Origin: an uncultured Candidatus Saccharibacteria bacterium
Lineage (GTDB): Bacteria > Patescibacteriota > Dojkabacteria > B142 > OLB20
Direction: 5' to 3'
Assembly (NCBI GenBank): GCA_964461915.1
Contig: CAYWVD010000001.1
Location: 501,911-565,910 of the forward strand
Length of the DNA: 64,000 nt
Part shown: positions 37,082 to 45,772 of the stretch, piece after piece
How positions within the stretch are numbered: position 1 is the first letter of the stretch
How the letters are laid out: the number at the start of each line of letters is the position of its first letter
Position numbers and translations under genes: made by a program
The notes under the pieces: generated by a model
Databases searched by the model: none
What the model was told of the DNA's origin: nothing
What the model saw: the letters and a program-made list of their open reading frames with translations, nothing else

Positions 37082-37700
37082 AGGTTAATGGCCTAAAACC
37101 ATAAATTTCATTAACATAAAAATTTGTATTGTTTTGTGTATTTTTAATTGGAGTTTCGTAAACCACTCTAGAAATAATAAAATATCCGTCTGGTGTACCA
37201 GAGATTTCATTTTTTTCTTGCCTTTGAATAATTATTTGATTACAAATATTCAAACCCTCTAAACCACTTCCTTCTCCGGTACTTAATTTATATGGAGACC
37301 CATTTAGACAATCCCCAACCTGTATTCTGTTAGCTGGGATTTTAATAAGATCAGAACCACAACCAGAGCCTTCAACTTCTAAGATTGAAAATGCACCTGT
37401 AATAATATCTCCTTCAACTTTTACACATGCAAAATCATCGCCATAAGCTAAAAAACCCTCGATGATCTCTTGTATACCCGTACCTTCTCCAGTTGAGGTG
37501 GTGGGAGCTTTTAAATATTCCAAACTACTAATCATTAATTTATTTGATAAATCAGAAATCTCATTTGCCTTAATTTGTCTAAAGTTTTTAGCATTTAATG
37601 AAGTAATCGCAACTATTGCAATTGCAAAAATAACCATAGCAATTAGGATTTCAATTAACCCAGCTCCAGATAAATTGTAAGATTTTTTAAGGATACGCAC
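37062..37700 (-). CDS. Type IV minor pilin / pseudopilin
   Basis: It has a prepilin-type N-terminus LSG|AGLIEILIAMVIFAIAIV. Confidence 0.65.
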   Translation of the reverse strand: MRILKKSYNLSGAGLIEILIAMVIFAIAIVAITSLNAKNFRQIKANEISDLSNKLMISSLEYLKAPTTSTGEGTGIQEIIEGFLAYGDDFACVKVEGDIITGAFSILEVEGSGCGSDLIKIPANRIQVGDCLNGSPYKLSTGEGSGLEGLNICNQIIIQRQEKNEISGTPDGYFIISRVVYETPIKNTQNNTNFYVNEIYGFRPLTYEETGQ

Positions 37701-38304
37701 GATCTATTGAATTATTTTGAATATGAAAATATGAATAGTCAACTTTTTGAGAAACAATTTTTGTAGCGATATAACAATTAACTTCAGAACCTGATTGATC
37801 AATAACTCGACCAGTAAGATTTTCAACAATGACGCCTTGAGTTCCATTTATAACACAAGGATTATCAGCAAAAGGAGCAGGATTCATATTAAATAAAATA
37901 TTCGAATATCTTTCGGGGATGAATGATTGACCAACTCCGGGTAAACAAGTTGGATTCATCCAACTATCTCCAATGTTTTTCCAACAGATCCTATAGATTA
38001 ATCTCGATCCATTAGTTGAATCAGGTATTTGTCTTGTAATAAAAAAACCGTAATTTCTAGAATTAACTTGAGCAAATTGCACAGGGTCTGTAATATGTCC
38101 AGAAGGGATGGTGTTGTTTTTAGCTTTAGTTTGAATTTCCTTAAAAACTGATAGGATTTCTTCAGTAGCTTGGCTTGCTTCAGTATTTTCTCTCCAAATA
38201 ATCATACCACCAGCTCCCAAAGCAATTAGGATGCCGATTATGGCCATAACAATAAGAACTTCTAAAAGAGTAAATCCTTTTTTCATTAATACTATTCTAA
38301 TCAA
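37687..38304 (-). CDS. Type IV pilin-like protein (minor pilin)
   Basis: It has the canonical prepilin N-terminus MKKG|FTLLEVLIVMAIIGILIAL. Confidence 0.8.
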   Translation of the reverse strand: MIRIVLMKKGFTLLEVLIVMAIIGILIALGAGGMIIWRENTEASQATEEILSVFKEIQTKAKNNTIPSGHITDPVQFAQVNSRNYGFFITRQIPDSTNGSRLIYRICWKNIGDSWMNPTCLPGVGQSFIPERYSNILFNMNPAPFADNPCVINGTQGVIVENLTGRVIDQSGSEVNCYIATKIVSQKVDYSYFHIQNNSIDRAYP

Positions 38305-38305
38305 T

Positions 38306-39121
38306 TTAAACTAACATTGATAGATAAAGCCCGATAATTTCTTCATGAAAAAAGAGAGCAATAATCGTTCCAAAAGCAATAAAGGGGGCTAATTGGATTT
38401 TTACATCTTTAATTTTTTTTGTTTTAATCGATTTAATAATTCCGATTATAGATCCCGACATAACTGTTATAAAAAAGGCTACAAGCCCACCCTCAACTCC
38501 TAACATTAGTCCAGTTATTCCAAATAAAAAAATATCTCCTTCTCCCATGCCACCCTTTTTACTTAGTATATAAACAAGACCAATTATTCCAGCGAGTAAA
38601 ATGCCACCCAGCAAATGGTTTAAAGGATCGTTAATAAAGGGTAGGGGAGTAATAAAACCTAAAAGTACAATTAAAAGAGTAATCCCCAGAGACACATACA
38701 CGCTTCTAGATTCAATTTCCCAATATAAATAATCAAAATAACCAAAAAAGAGCTCAATCAAAAGGAATATGCTCAATATTATTGCCCCTAAAATTACAAA
38801 TCCAAAATTGAAGTCAGGCGAAGCAATATCAAAAAAATTTGTATACGATTTAATAAAAGCCAATGCAAATAAAGCCCCCGCGATAAATTCAACGACAGGG
38901 TAGAGGATAGGAATTTTTTTACCACATTCCCTACATTTGCCCTTGAAAATTAGGAAAGAAAAGATTGGAATAAGATCAATTGGCTTTAATTGTTTTTTGG
39001 AATGGTCACAATAAGATCTCCCCATAAGAGATTCCCCAGTGTGCAGTCTCCAAATTAGCATATTAATAAAGCTACCAAAGGCTGCTCCAAAGAGGAAAAA
39101 AATTATTATCCAAAGTTCCAT
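38306..39121 (-). CDS. pilD: Prepilin peptidase (A24 family) PilD
   Basis: It has an N-terminal Zn-binding CxxC...CxxC region (CDHSKKQL...CRECGKKI) and a polytopic membrane A24 domain. Confidence 0.85.
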   Translation of the reverse strand: MELWIIIFFLFGAAFGSFINMLIWRLHTGESLMGRSYCDHSKKQLKPIDLIPIFSFLIFKGKCRECGKKIPILYPVVEFIAGALFALAFIKSYTNFFDIASPDFNFGFVILGAIILSIFLLIELFFGYFDYLYWEIESRSVYVSLGITLLIVLLGFITPLPFINDPLNHLLGGILLAGIIGLVYILSKKGGMGEGDIFLFGITGLMLGVEGGLVAFFITVMSGSIIGIIKSIKTKKIKDVKIQLAPFIAFGTIIALFFHEEIIGLYLSMLV

Positions 39122-39135
39122 TACTTTTGTATTTA

Positions 39136-39684
39136 CTACATAGTAGGTAAAATCTTACCGTCATCAATAGGAATTGCTGTTCCAATAAAACCATGTCCAG
39201 CTGTATCACAGACCATACTCTGAGGCTCACTTAAATTTGCCCATCCACCACCTTCTAGAGAAGCACAGATTTTACTCCCACCATTTGAACTTATTAACCA
39301 ACCAGTATTTGAGGCAGTAGTACTTCCAAAAGATACTGTCCCAGCAGATATATCACCGGAGGAATTGCCGCTTGGTAAAACAATCCCGTTTAATTTTACT
39401 TCATAACAATTACTACAATTACAAGTCCCACTCGTCCCAGTTGAAGATCCCATCAAGCATAAACCAGTACTAGTAAAGCCAGCATTAGCTGGTTGTTTAT
39501 TAAACCTTGAATAATATTCACTGAATCCTGCCAAAATTTGCGCTCCGGCTTCTCTTCGTTGAGTATTTCTTGCACTTTGTTGTGCTACTCCAATTCCCCA
39601 AATTGCTGTTGCTATTAACAATCCAATAATTGCCATAGCTACTAGCAATTCGACCATTGTAAATCCTTTATATATTTTCTTCAT
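39136..39684 (-). CDS. pilA: Type IV major pilin (PilA-like), paralog 2
   Basis: It has the prepilin N-terminus KG|FTMVELLVAMAIIGLLIATAIWG and a C-terminal Cys pair (KICASLEGGGW...QSMVC). Confidence 0.85.
   Translation of the reverse strand: MKKIYKGFTMVELLVAMAIIGLLIATAIWGIGVAQQSARNTQRREAGAQILAGFSEYYSRFNKQPANAGFTSTGLCLMGSSTGTSGTCNCSNCYEVKLNGIVLPSGNSSGDISAGTVSFGSTTASNTGWLISSNGGSKICASLEGGGWANLSEPQSMVCDTAGHGFIGTAIPIDDGKILPTM
39520..39684 (-). repeat. About 165 bp of near-identical nucleotide sequence (roughly 96%) shared with 40140-40307, encoding the pilin paralog N-termini
   Basis: Direct comparison of the two gene 5' regions shows only a few substitutions. Confidence 0.8.
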
Positions 39685-39750
39685 ATAATAAGTGAATAAA
39701 AATTAAATAACTTAAAATATAGTACGATATTTTAAATTTGAATACAAATA

Positions 39751-39779
39751 AAAACCCCGGCGATTAAACCGGGGATTTT
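39751..39779 (-). terminator. Rho-independent terminator between the two pilin paralogs
   Basis: The stem ccccgg / ccgggg closes a loop (cgattaaa) and is flanked by A/T runs on both strands. Confidence 0.6.
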
Positions 39780-39800
39780 AAGATTATAATTAATAATTAA

Positions 39801-40307
39801 TTATGGGCAAGGCAAACTTTGGGGTTCGCTAAGATTTGCAAAACCACCACCTTCTAAAGAAGCACAAATTTTCGTCCCACCTACTGTAGATCCATTACCA
39901 ATTATCCATTGAGTATTTGAGGCACTTGTTTCAGCTCCCATCTTCTGCCCACCAGCAACATTTAGATTTACACTAGTGTTAGTCCCAGTAACAATTCCAT
40001 TTAAACTAATAAAATAACAATTCTGACCAGGGGTAGCTTTCGTACAACTGGTTGCATTTGTGGTAGTATTGCAAATACATAAACCATCTGTACCTAATCT
40101 ACCAGCGGCTGCCTGAGTATTAAATCTTGAATAATATTCACTGAATCCTGCTAATATTTGTGCTCCGGCTTCTCTTCGTTGAGTATTTCTTGCACTTTGT
40201 TGTGCTACTCCAATTCCCCAAATTGCGGTTGCTATTAACAATCCAACAATTGCCATAGCTACTAGCAATTCGACCATAGTAAATCCTTTTTTGAATTTTC
40301 TGTACAT
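39801..40307 (-). CDS. pilA: Type IV major pilin (PilA-like), paralog 1
   Basis: Its prepilin N-terminus KG|FTMVELLVAMAIVGLLIATAIWG is identical to paralog 2 over about 55 aa. The C-terminal block KICASLEGGGFANLSEPQSLPC is conserved. Confidence 0.85.
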   Translation of the reverse strand: MYRKFKKGFTMVELLVAMAIVGLLIATAIWGIGVAQQSARNTQRREAGAQILAGFSEYYSRFNTQAAAGRLGTDGLCICNTTTNATSCTKATPGQNCYFISLNGIVTGTNTSVNLNVAGGQKMGAETSASNTQWIIGNGSTVGGTKICASLEGGGFANLSEPQSLPCP

Positions 40308-40328
40308 AGAAGATAAATAATAAATAAA

Positions 40329-41561
40329 TTACTTGATTACATTTCCTAAGTTATATATAGGAACGTAAATCGCAAGAGCAAGAAAAGCTACCATGACTCC
40401 TGCTATTACTAAGATAATTGGTTCCATAAGCTTTGTCAAGTTTGAAGTCATCTCATCAACTTGATCACCATAAAATCTTTTAATTTCAGCTAATATCTGA
40501 TCAGTCTTTCCAGTTTGTTCACCTGTTGCTATCAATTTAACTACAATTGTTGGAATAACACGACTTCTGGAAAGGGGGACTGCTAGGGGAACACCTTTAG
40601 CAACTTCAGTAGCGGCTTCTTCTAGGGCAGTTTTAAAATGATAATTACTTAATGCTTTTGAGGTTGATTTTAAGGCATCTATAATTGGAATACCGCTTTT
40701 TAAAAGCATATGGAGCAATCTAGTCATTTCATAAACCTGAATTTTTGAAATTAAGTCTCCAAAGATTGGCAAAACAAGAGTAAGCTTATCTATTGTACTT
40801 CTACCACCCTTACTTTTATAAAAAGCTCTATAACTTAAAAATGCGGCAATTAAAATAATTACGCTCGAAATTAGAAACACAGGATTAGACATCGTATTAC
40901 TTGCATTGATCATAAACTGAGTAACACCTGGTAATTCTACATTTCCAAAATCCTTGTATAGAGATTCTATTGCAGGGACCATCACAACCATTATCACAAC
41001 TACAACTACAATAATTACTAAAAATATTATTATCGGATAAATCATAGCCCCCTTGATTTTACCCTGCAATTGAGCCGAATTGCGCATATCATCTGCTATT
41101 TGCAACATGATTTCTGAAAGATTTCCAGAAGATTCACCAGCTTGTATTAATGAAATTTGAAGTTCATTAAAAATAAACTGCTGTTTTGAAAAAGCGACAG
41201 ATAGAGGAATACCTCCTTGAATATCCTTGTAAACTTCAGCAAGCTTGTTCTTCATTTTTACATATTTAGCTTGCTGTAAAAGTATTTCAATAGTTTGAGA
41301 AATCGGCAGTCCGGCGGAAAGCATAGTCGCTAATTGTCTTGAAAAGACTACTTTTTCATTTAACGGAATATCTCCGATTTCAAAATCTTTCAATTTACTA
41401 CTAAACTTTTTGAAATCAAATTCAACTTTAGGTTGAATATCAAGAGTAAATAGTTTTTGTTCAGAAAGCTTTTGATAAACTTCATCATAGTTTTGTGCAT
41501 CCAATTCGCCATTAACTATTTCGCCGTTTTGTTTTGCTGCCTTATATATAAAAATTGCCAT
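40329..41561 (-). CDS. pilC: Type IV pilus inner-membrane platform protein PilC
   Basis: It is 410 aa with two GspF/T2SSF repeats (LATMLSAGLPI, LLHMLLKSGIPI) and 3 transmembrane segments. Confidence 0.85.
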   Translation of the reverse strand: MAIFIYKAAKQNGEIVNGELDAQNYDEVYQKLSEQKLFTLDIQPKVEFDFKKFSSKLKDFEIGDIPLNEKVVFSRQLATMLSAGLPISQTIEILLQQAKYVKMKNKLAEVYKDIQGGIPLSVAFSKQQFIFNELQISLIQAGESSGNLSEIMLQIADDMRNSAQLQGKIKGAMIYPIIIFLVIIVVVVVIMVVMVPAIESLYKDFGNVELPGVTQFMINASNTMSNPVFLISSVIILIAAFLSYRAFYKSKGGRSTIDKLTLVLPIFGDLISKIQVYEMTRLLHMLLKSGIPIIDALKSTSKALSNYHFKTALEEAATEVAKGVPLAVPLSRSRVIPTIVVKLIATGEQTGKTDQILAEIKRFYGDQVDEMTSNLTKLMEPIILVIAGVMVAFLALAIYVPIYNLGNVIK

Positions 41562-41580
41562 GAATAATAATCATAAAATA

Positions 41581-43074
41581 TTATTTCCCTTTATTTATTA
41601 AAGCTAGTAGTTCATCAGGTTTACTGGTGAAAGACATAGCTTGATCTATAGTGATCTCGTTGTTTCTAACCATAAATAATAACGATTTTTCAAGTGTGAT
41701 CATTCCTAAATCAGCATTAGTTTGGATTATATTATCTATTTGATAAGTTTTACCGTCTCTGATAGAGCTTTTAACTGCTGGAGTGCAGATCAAGACCTCA
41801 AAAACAGCTTTTCTACCACCACGATTCAGTGGAATTAATCTCTGAGAAATGACAGCTGTTATTACGTTTGCAAGCTGGGATCGAATTTGATTCTGTTGCC
41901 CCTCTGGAAATACATCAATTATACGATCAATTGTTTGCGAAGCAGAATTTGTATGTAAAGTCGTAAAAACCAAGTGTCCGGTTTCTGCAGCAGTAATTGT
42001 AGCAGCAATAGTTTCATAATCACGCATCTCACCCACCAAAACAACATTAGGATCTTGTCTTAAAATTTCTCGAAGAGCTCTTGTCCAAGATGATGTATCT
42101 TGACCAATTTCTCTTTGACTCACCATTGATTTTGCCTTAGGAAAAACATATTCAATAGGATCCTCAATGGTAATTATATGTTTATTCTGAGTTAAATTTA
42201 TTTCCTGAATCATAGCTGCGATACTCGAACTTTTACCACTTCCCGTAGGTCCGGTGAACAAAATTAATCCCTGAGGAACCTTAATGAGATCATAAGTGAC
42301 TTGTGGTAGACCTAGTTCTGCAATCCCTTTGATCTTATTTGGAATAAGTCTAAATGCTCCAGACCAGAATCCTTTCGATTTATAAATATTTACTCTGAAT
42401 CTATTACCTGACATATGAGGGTAGGAGAAATCGACGTCAGAATGTTTTTCTAATTCATCTTTTAATCTTCCAGTAATAATTGACATAAAAACTTTCTCAG
42501 CCCTGCCGATTGCTAATTCCTGCGTTCCAATATTTACTAATTCACCATCAATACGAAGCATTGGGGGATAACCCGGTGTTAAATGCAGATCCGAAGCATT
42601 CTTTTCTATAGATAGGGTTAGAAGATCGTCTAATTGAGCCTTATATGCTTTGCCCTCATCAAATAGAGCGTCACTCTCAATTGTCTTTGTAATATTTAGT
42701 TCAGATTTCTCATCTGGTAATACATCAATAACATTTGGTGTTGGGACCGAATTTTGACTTAAAGAAGGCCCGATCGATTCTTTCACACCACCATTTAATA
42801 CAATATTTTCAGAAGGCATTGGAATATCACTTAATTTCGCATGTTCATCTCTTAATATATCAACATATTCCTTTTGCATAGGCGTCCCAACTTCAACTGG
42901 AGGAATATTTGTCGTTTGGGTTGTAGTTGGAGTGGTTGGAGTAGTTGCTTGAGTCACTGTTGGATTAGAGGGCATAGGAGCCTGCTGAAAAAGTGGGTTG
43001 CTAGTTGAATTGTCGTTTTGATTATTTGTTGTCATTTTTTTTATTAATAAATAATTTTTAAATTTAACCCACAA
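41581..43074 (-). CDS. pilT: Type IV pilus retraction ATPase PilT with a ~150-aa low-complexity N-terminal extension
   Basis: It carries Walker A GPTGSGKSS and the PilT motifs ALREILRQDPNVVLVGEMRD and AETGHLVFTTLHTNSA. The N-terminus is Thr/Pro/Gln-rich. Confidence 0.85.
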   Translation of the reverse strand: MWVKFKNYLLIKKMTTNNQNDNSTSNPLFQQAPMPSNPTVTQATTPTTPTTTQTTNIPPVEVGTPMQKEYVDILRDEHAKLSDIPMPSENIVLNGGVKESIGPSLSQNSVPTPNVIDVLPDEKSELNITKTIESDALFDEGKAYKAQLDDLLTLSIEKNASDLHLTPGYPPMLRIDGELVNIGTQELAIGRAEKVFMSIITGRLKDELEKHSDVDFSYPHMSGNRFRVNIYKSKGFWSGAFRLIPNKIKGIAELGLPQVTYDLIKVPQGLILFTGPTGSGKSSSIAAMIQEINLTQNKHIITIEDPIEYVFPKAKSMVSQREIGQDTSSWTRALREILRQDPNVVLVGEMRDYETIAATITAAETGHLVFTTLHTNSASQTIDRIIDVFPEGQQNQIRSQLANVITAVISQRLIPLNRGGRKAVFEVLICTPAVKSSIRDGKTYQIDNIIQTNADLGMITLEKSLLFMVRNNEITIDQAMSFTSKPDELLALINKGK

Positions 43075-44929
43075 CTCTTAATACTTCCTCAACTGTTGTA
43101 GCACCTTCAAGAACCTTAATAAATCCATCTTGCAACATAGAAGTCATACCATCTTGTCTTGCGGCATTTTCTATTGTTTGAGCAGCCTCATGTGAAATTA
43201 TCATGCTTCTTATCTTTTCATTAATTTCTAACACTTCGAAAATACCGATCCTACCTTTGTATCCCGAATTAGCACAGGCATCGCAACCTTGTCCCTTTGC
43301 TAAGAATAATTTACCCCCATTTTTTTCTAAAATTGCATTTAGGTTAAATCCATTAATAGAACTTAATACTGATCGGATCTTTTCAATTTCTTCTGAAGAT
43401 GCTTCATAGGTTTTCTTACAATTATCACAAACCTTTCTAACCAACCTTTGAGCGGCCGCAATATTAATGGTTGAAGCTAAAAGGAAAGGTTCAACACCCA
43501 TATCAATCAATCTAGGCATAGCCGTTGCGGCACTATTAGTATGGAGAGTAGCAAGGACTAGATGACCAGTAAGTGCTGCTTGTACAGCAAGTTCTGCGGT
43601 TTCTCCGTCTCGAATTTCGCCGATCATAATTATATTTGGATCCTGCCTTAAAAATGCCCTTAATCCTTTTGCAAAAGTAAGTCCGACTTCAGGATTTACT
43701 TGAACTTGATTAACCCCGTCTATCCTTATTTCGATAGGATCTTCAAGTGTTAAAATATTTACTCCTTCAGTGTTTAATATTTTTAAACAACTTGCCAATG
43801 TTACTGTTTTTCCGGACCCGGTAGGGCCAGTTACTAAAACTATACCCATTGTTTTTTTGATCGCTTTATAAAATTCATCATAATTCCTTCCTCTTAATCC
43901 AGTTTTTTCTAAAGTTAAATCTCCGCCACCTTTTTCGAGTAAACGCATAACCACTTTTTCACCAAAAGCAGTTGGAATGATAGAAACCCTAAGATCTATC
44001 TGTTCTTGATCTATTTTTACTTGAAACCTACCATCCTGAGGTATTCTATGTTCGTCAATTTTTAAATTAGATAGGATTTTTATCCTCGAAACAACAGAAG
44101 GAGCAAGCTTTAGTGGTAAAACTAATTTCTCAGATAAAACACCATGGATTCTATTCCTTACAATCAACTTATTTTCACGGGGTTCAATATGCACATCAGA
44201 AGCCTTCATTCTTACGGCATACTCCAATATTACATTTATAATCCTAGCTACTGGAGCAGAGGATATATCACCCTCTAAACTTTTAACATCTTCCAAATTA
44301 CCCGAAACTTCAATCACATCGCTTTTGACATCCTCGAGGGCCCTGCTAACATCAGATCCAACCTGAGCACCATATTTGGTTTGAATAATTTTTGTTATCA
44401 ATTCCGGATCAGCAAAGTAAGCATCAACCCTTTTTCCCACCATAGTCTTAATGAAGTTTGTAGCCTGAATATCCAATGGATCAACCATGGCTACCTTCAC
44501 AGAATCAACTGTGTCTTCAAATAAAACCGCCTGATATCTTTGAGCCACATCTGATCTTAACTTCTGTAAAACATCAACCTTGATACTTAAGTTTGATAGA
44601 TCAATATAGGGGATTTTAAATATTATACTTTTTACTTTTAGTAGCTTGTCTTTATCGATAAATAGACCACTTAATATTATCTCAGTTTCGGGTTTTGCGG
44701 TTATTTGAACCTGATTTTTAATTTCAAGTGCTTGAGCCTTACTTATCAGATTAGCCTGTAATAACTGCTGTGTAATAGGCAAATCAGCAAATTCATTTAA
44801 ATTAAGTGAAGGATTAGAATTAACGGCCAGCGAAACTTTTGGGGGTATAGCCCCAGAAGGTATAGAAGCACCTACAGCAGCTCCTTGTTGCAAAACCATA
44901 TTCGAATTAACACTATTTGTCATGGACAT
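43064..44929 (-). CDS. pilB: Type IV pilus assembly ATPase PilB (GspE family)
   Basis: It has N-terminal GSPII domains, Walker A GPTGSGKT, the sequence GEIRDGETAELAVQAALTGHLVLATLHTN, and a tetra-Cys Zn motif (CDNCKK...CDAC). Confidence 0.9.
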   Translation of the reverse strand: MSMTNSVNSNMVLQQGAAVGASIPSGAIPPKVSLAVNSNPSLNLNEFADLPITQQLLQANLISKAQALEIKNQVQITAKPETEIILSGLFIDKDKLLKVKSIIFKIPYIDLSNLSIKVDVLQKLRSDVAQRYQAVLFEDTVDSVKVAMVDPLDIQATNFIKTMVGKRVDAYFADPELITKIIQTKYGAQVGSDVSRALEDVKSDVIEVSGNLEDVKSLEGDISSAPVARIINVILEYAVRMKASDVHIEPRENKLIVRNRIHGVLSEKLVLPLKLAPSVVSRIKILSNLKIDEHRIPQDGRFQVKIDQEQIDLRVSIIPTAFGEKVVMRLLEKGGGDLTLEKTGLRGRNYDEFYKAIKKTMGIVLVTGPTGSGKTVTLASCLKILNTEGVNILTLEDPIEIRIDGVNQVQVNPEVGLTFAKGLRAFLRQDPNIIMIGEIRDGETAELAVQAALTGHLVLATLHTNSAATAMPRLIDMGVEPFLLASTINIAAAQRLVRKVCDNCKKTYEASSEEIEKIRSVLSSINGFNLNAILEKNGGKLFLAKGQGCDACANSGYKGRIGIFEVLEINEKIRSMIISHEAAQTIENAARQDGMTSMLQDGFIKVLEGATTVEEVLRVVG

Positions 44930-45003
44930 TTGGGACAGTGTTGTAGAAAATTATGTATAATATATTATTCTTTTTCTTTTGAGTAAAGTCAATTAAAAAA
45001 ACT

Positions 45004-45651
45004 ATGGGCAAATCATATATAATTTCTTCATCTTCAAAATCATTCATTGATGATTCAATCAAAGACATAATAAAGGGTTTAGATTTAGATAACAGATCAA
45101 ATTCAGAAGATATCTATTATCTAAAATGTCTAGAAGATAAAAACAGTATAGGGATTGAACAAGTTAAGCAACTTATTAATTGGTCTAATTCAAAACCATT
45201 TCACTCCCAAAATAAAGCAGGAATAATCCTTGAGGCCGAAAAGCTAACTGAGCAAGCTCAAAACGCTATGTTAAAACTTCTCGAAGAACCCAGTAAAAGC
45301 AATAACTACATACTTACTACTTCAAATTACAGGGATTTAATAACTACTATAACATCAAGATGTCAATTAATCCTTGATTCCAAAATTAATAATGATGAAT
45401 TGAACATCTCAGAATTTATCAAATCCGATCAACTTGGAAGATTAAACTTTGTAAACATTGAAGTAACAAATGAAAATAAAAATATTTTCCTGCTATCTTT
45501 ATTAAAATATTATCGAGCAAGATTGAAAGAGGGTAAAGACACAAGAAAAAATATAAATATTATCAATCAAACGCAAAAGTATATTGGGTCTAATGTCACA
45601 TTAAAAAACTCAATGTTGTTTCTAGCTTTAAACCTTGACAACTTTAGTTAA
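45004..45651 (+). CDS. holB: DNA polymerase III delta-prime subunit, short form
   Basis: It has AQNAMLKLLEEP and TSRCQ, the clamp-loader sensor motifs, and no P-loop. Confidence 0.7.
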   Translation: MGKSYIISSSSKSFIDDSIKDIIKGLDLDNRSNSEDIYYLKCLEDKNSIGIEQVKQLINWSNSKPFHSQNKAGIILEAEKLTEQAQNAMLKLLEEPSKSNNYILTTSNYRDLITTITSRCQLILDSKINNDELNISEFIKSDQLGRLNFVNIEVTNENKNIFLLSLLKYYRARLKEGKDTRKNINIINQTQKYIGSNVTLKNSMLFLALNLDNFS

Positions 45652-45772
45652 AGATTTTTTAATGAATAATTGGTATAATTAAGAACCACTTATCCATATA
45701 AATGGATCTGCCCCACAACCGAATTAAGTTGTGCTACAATGATTAAATTATCTTGGAATCGATTAAAAAACT

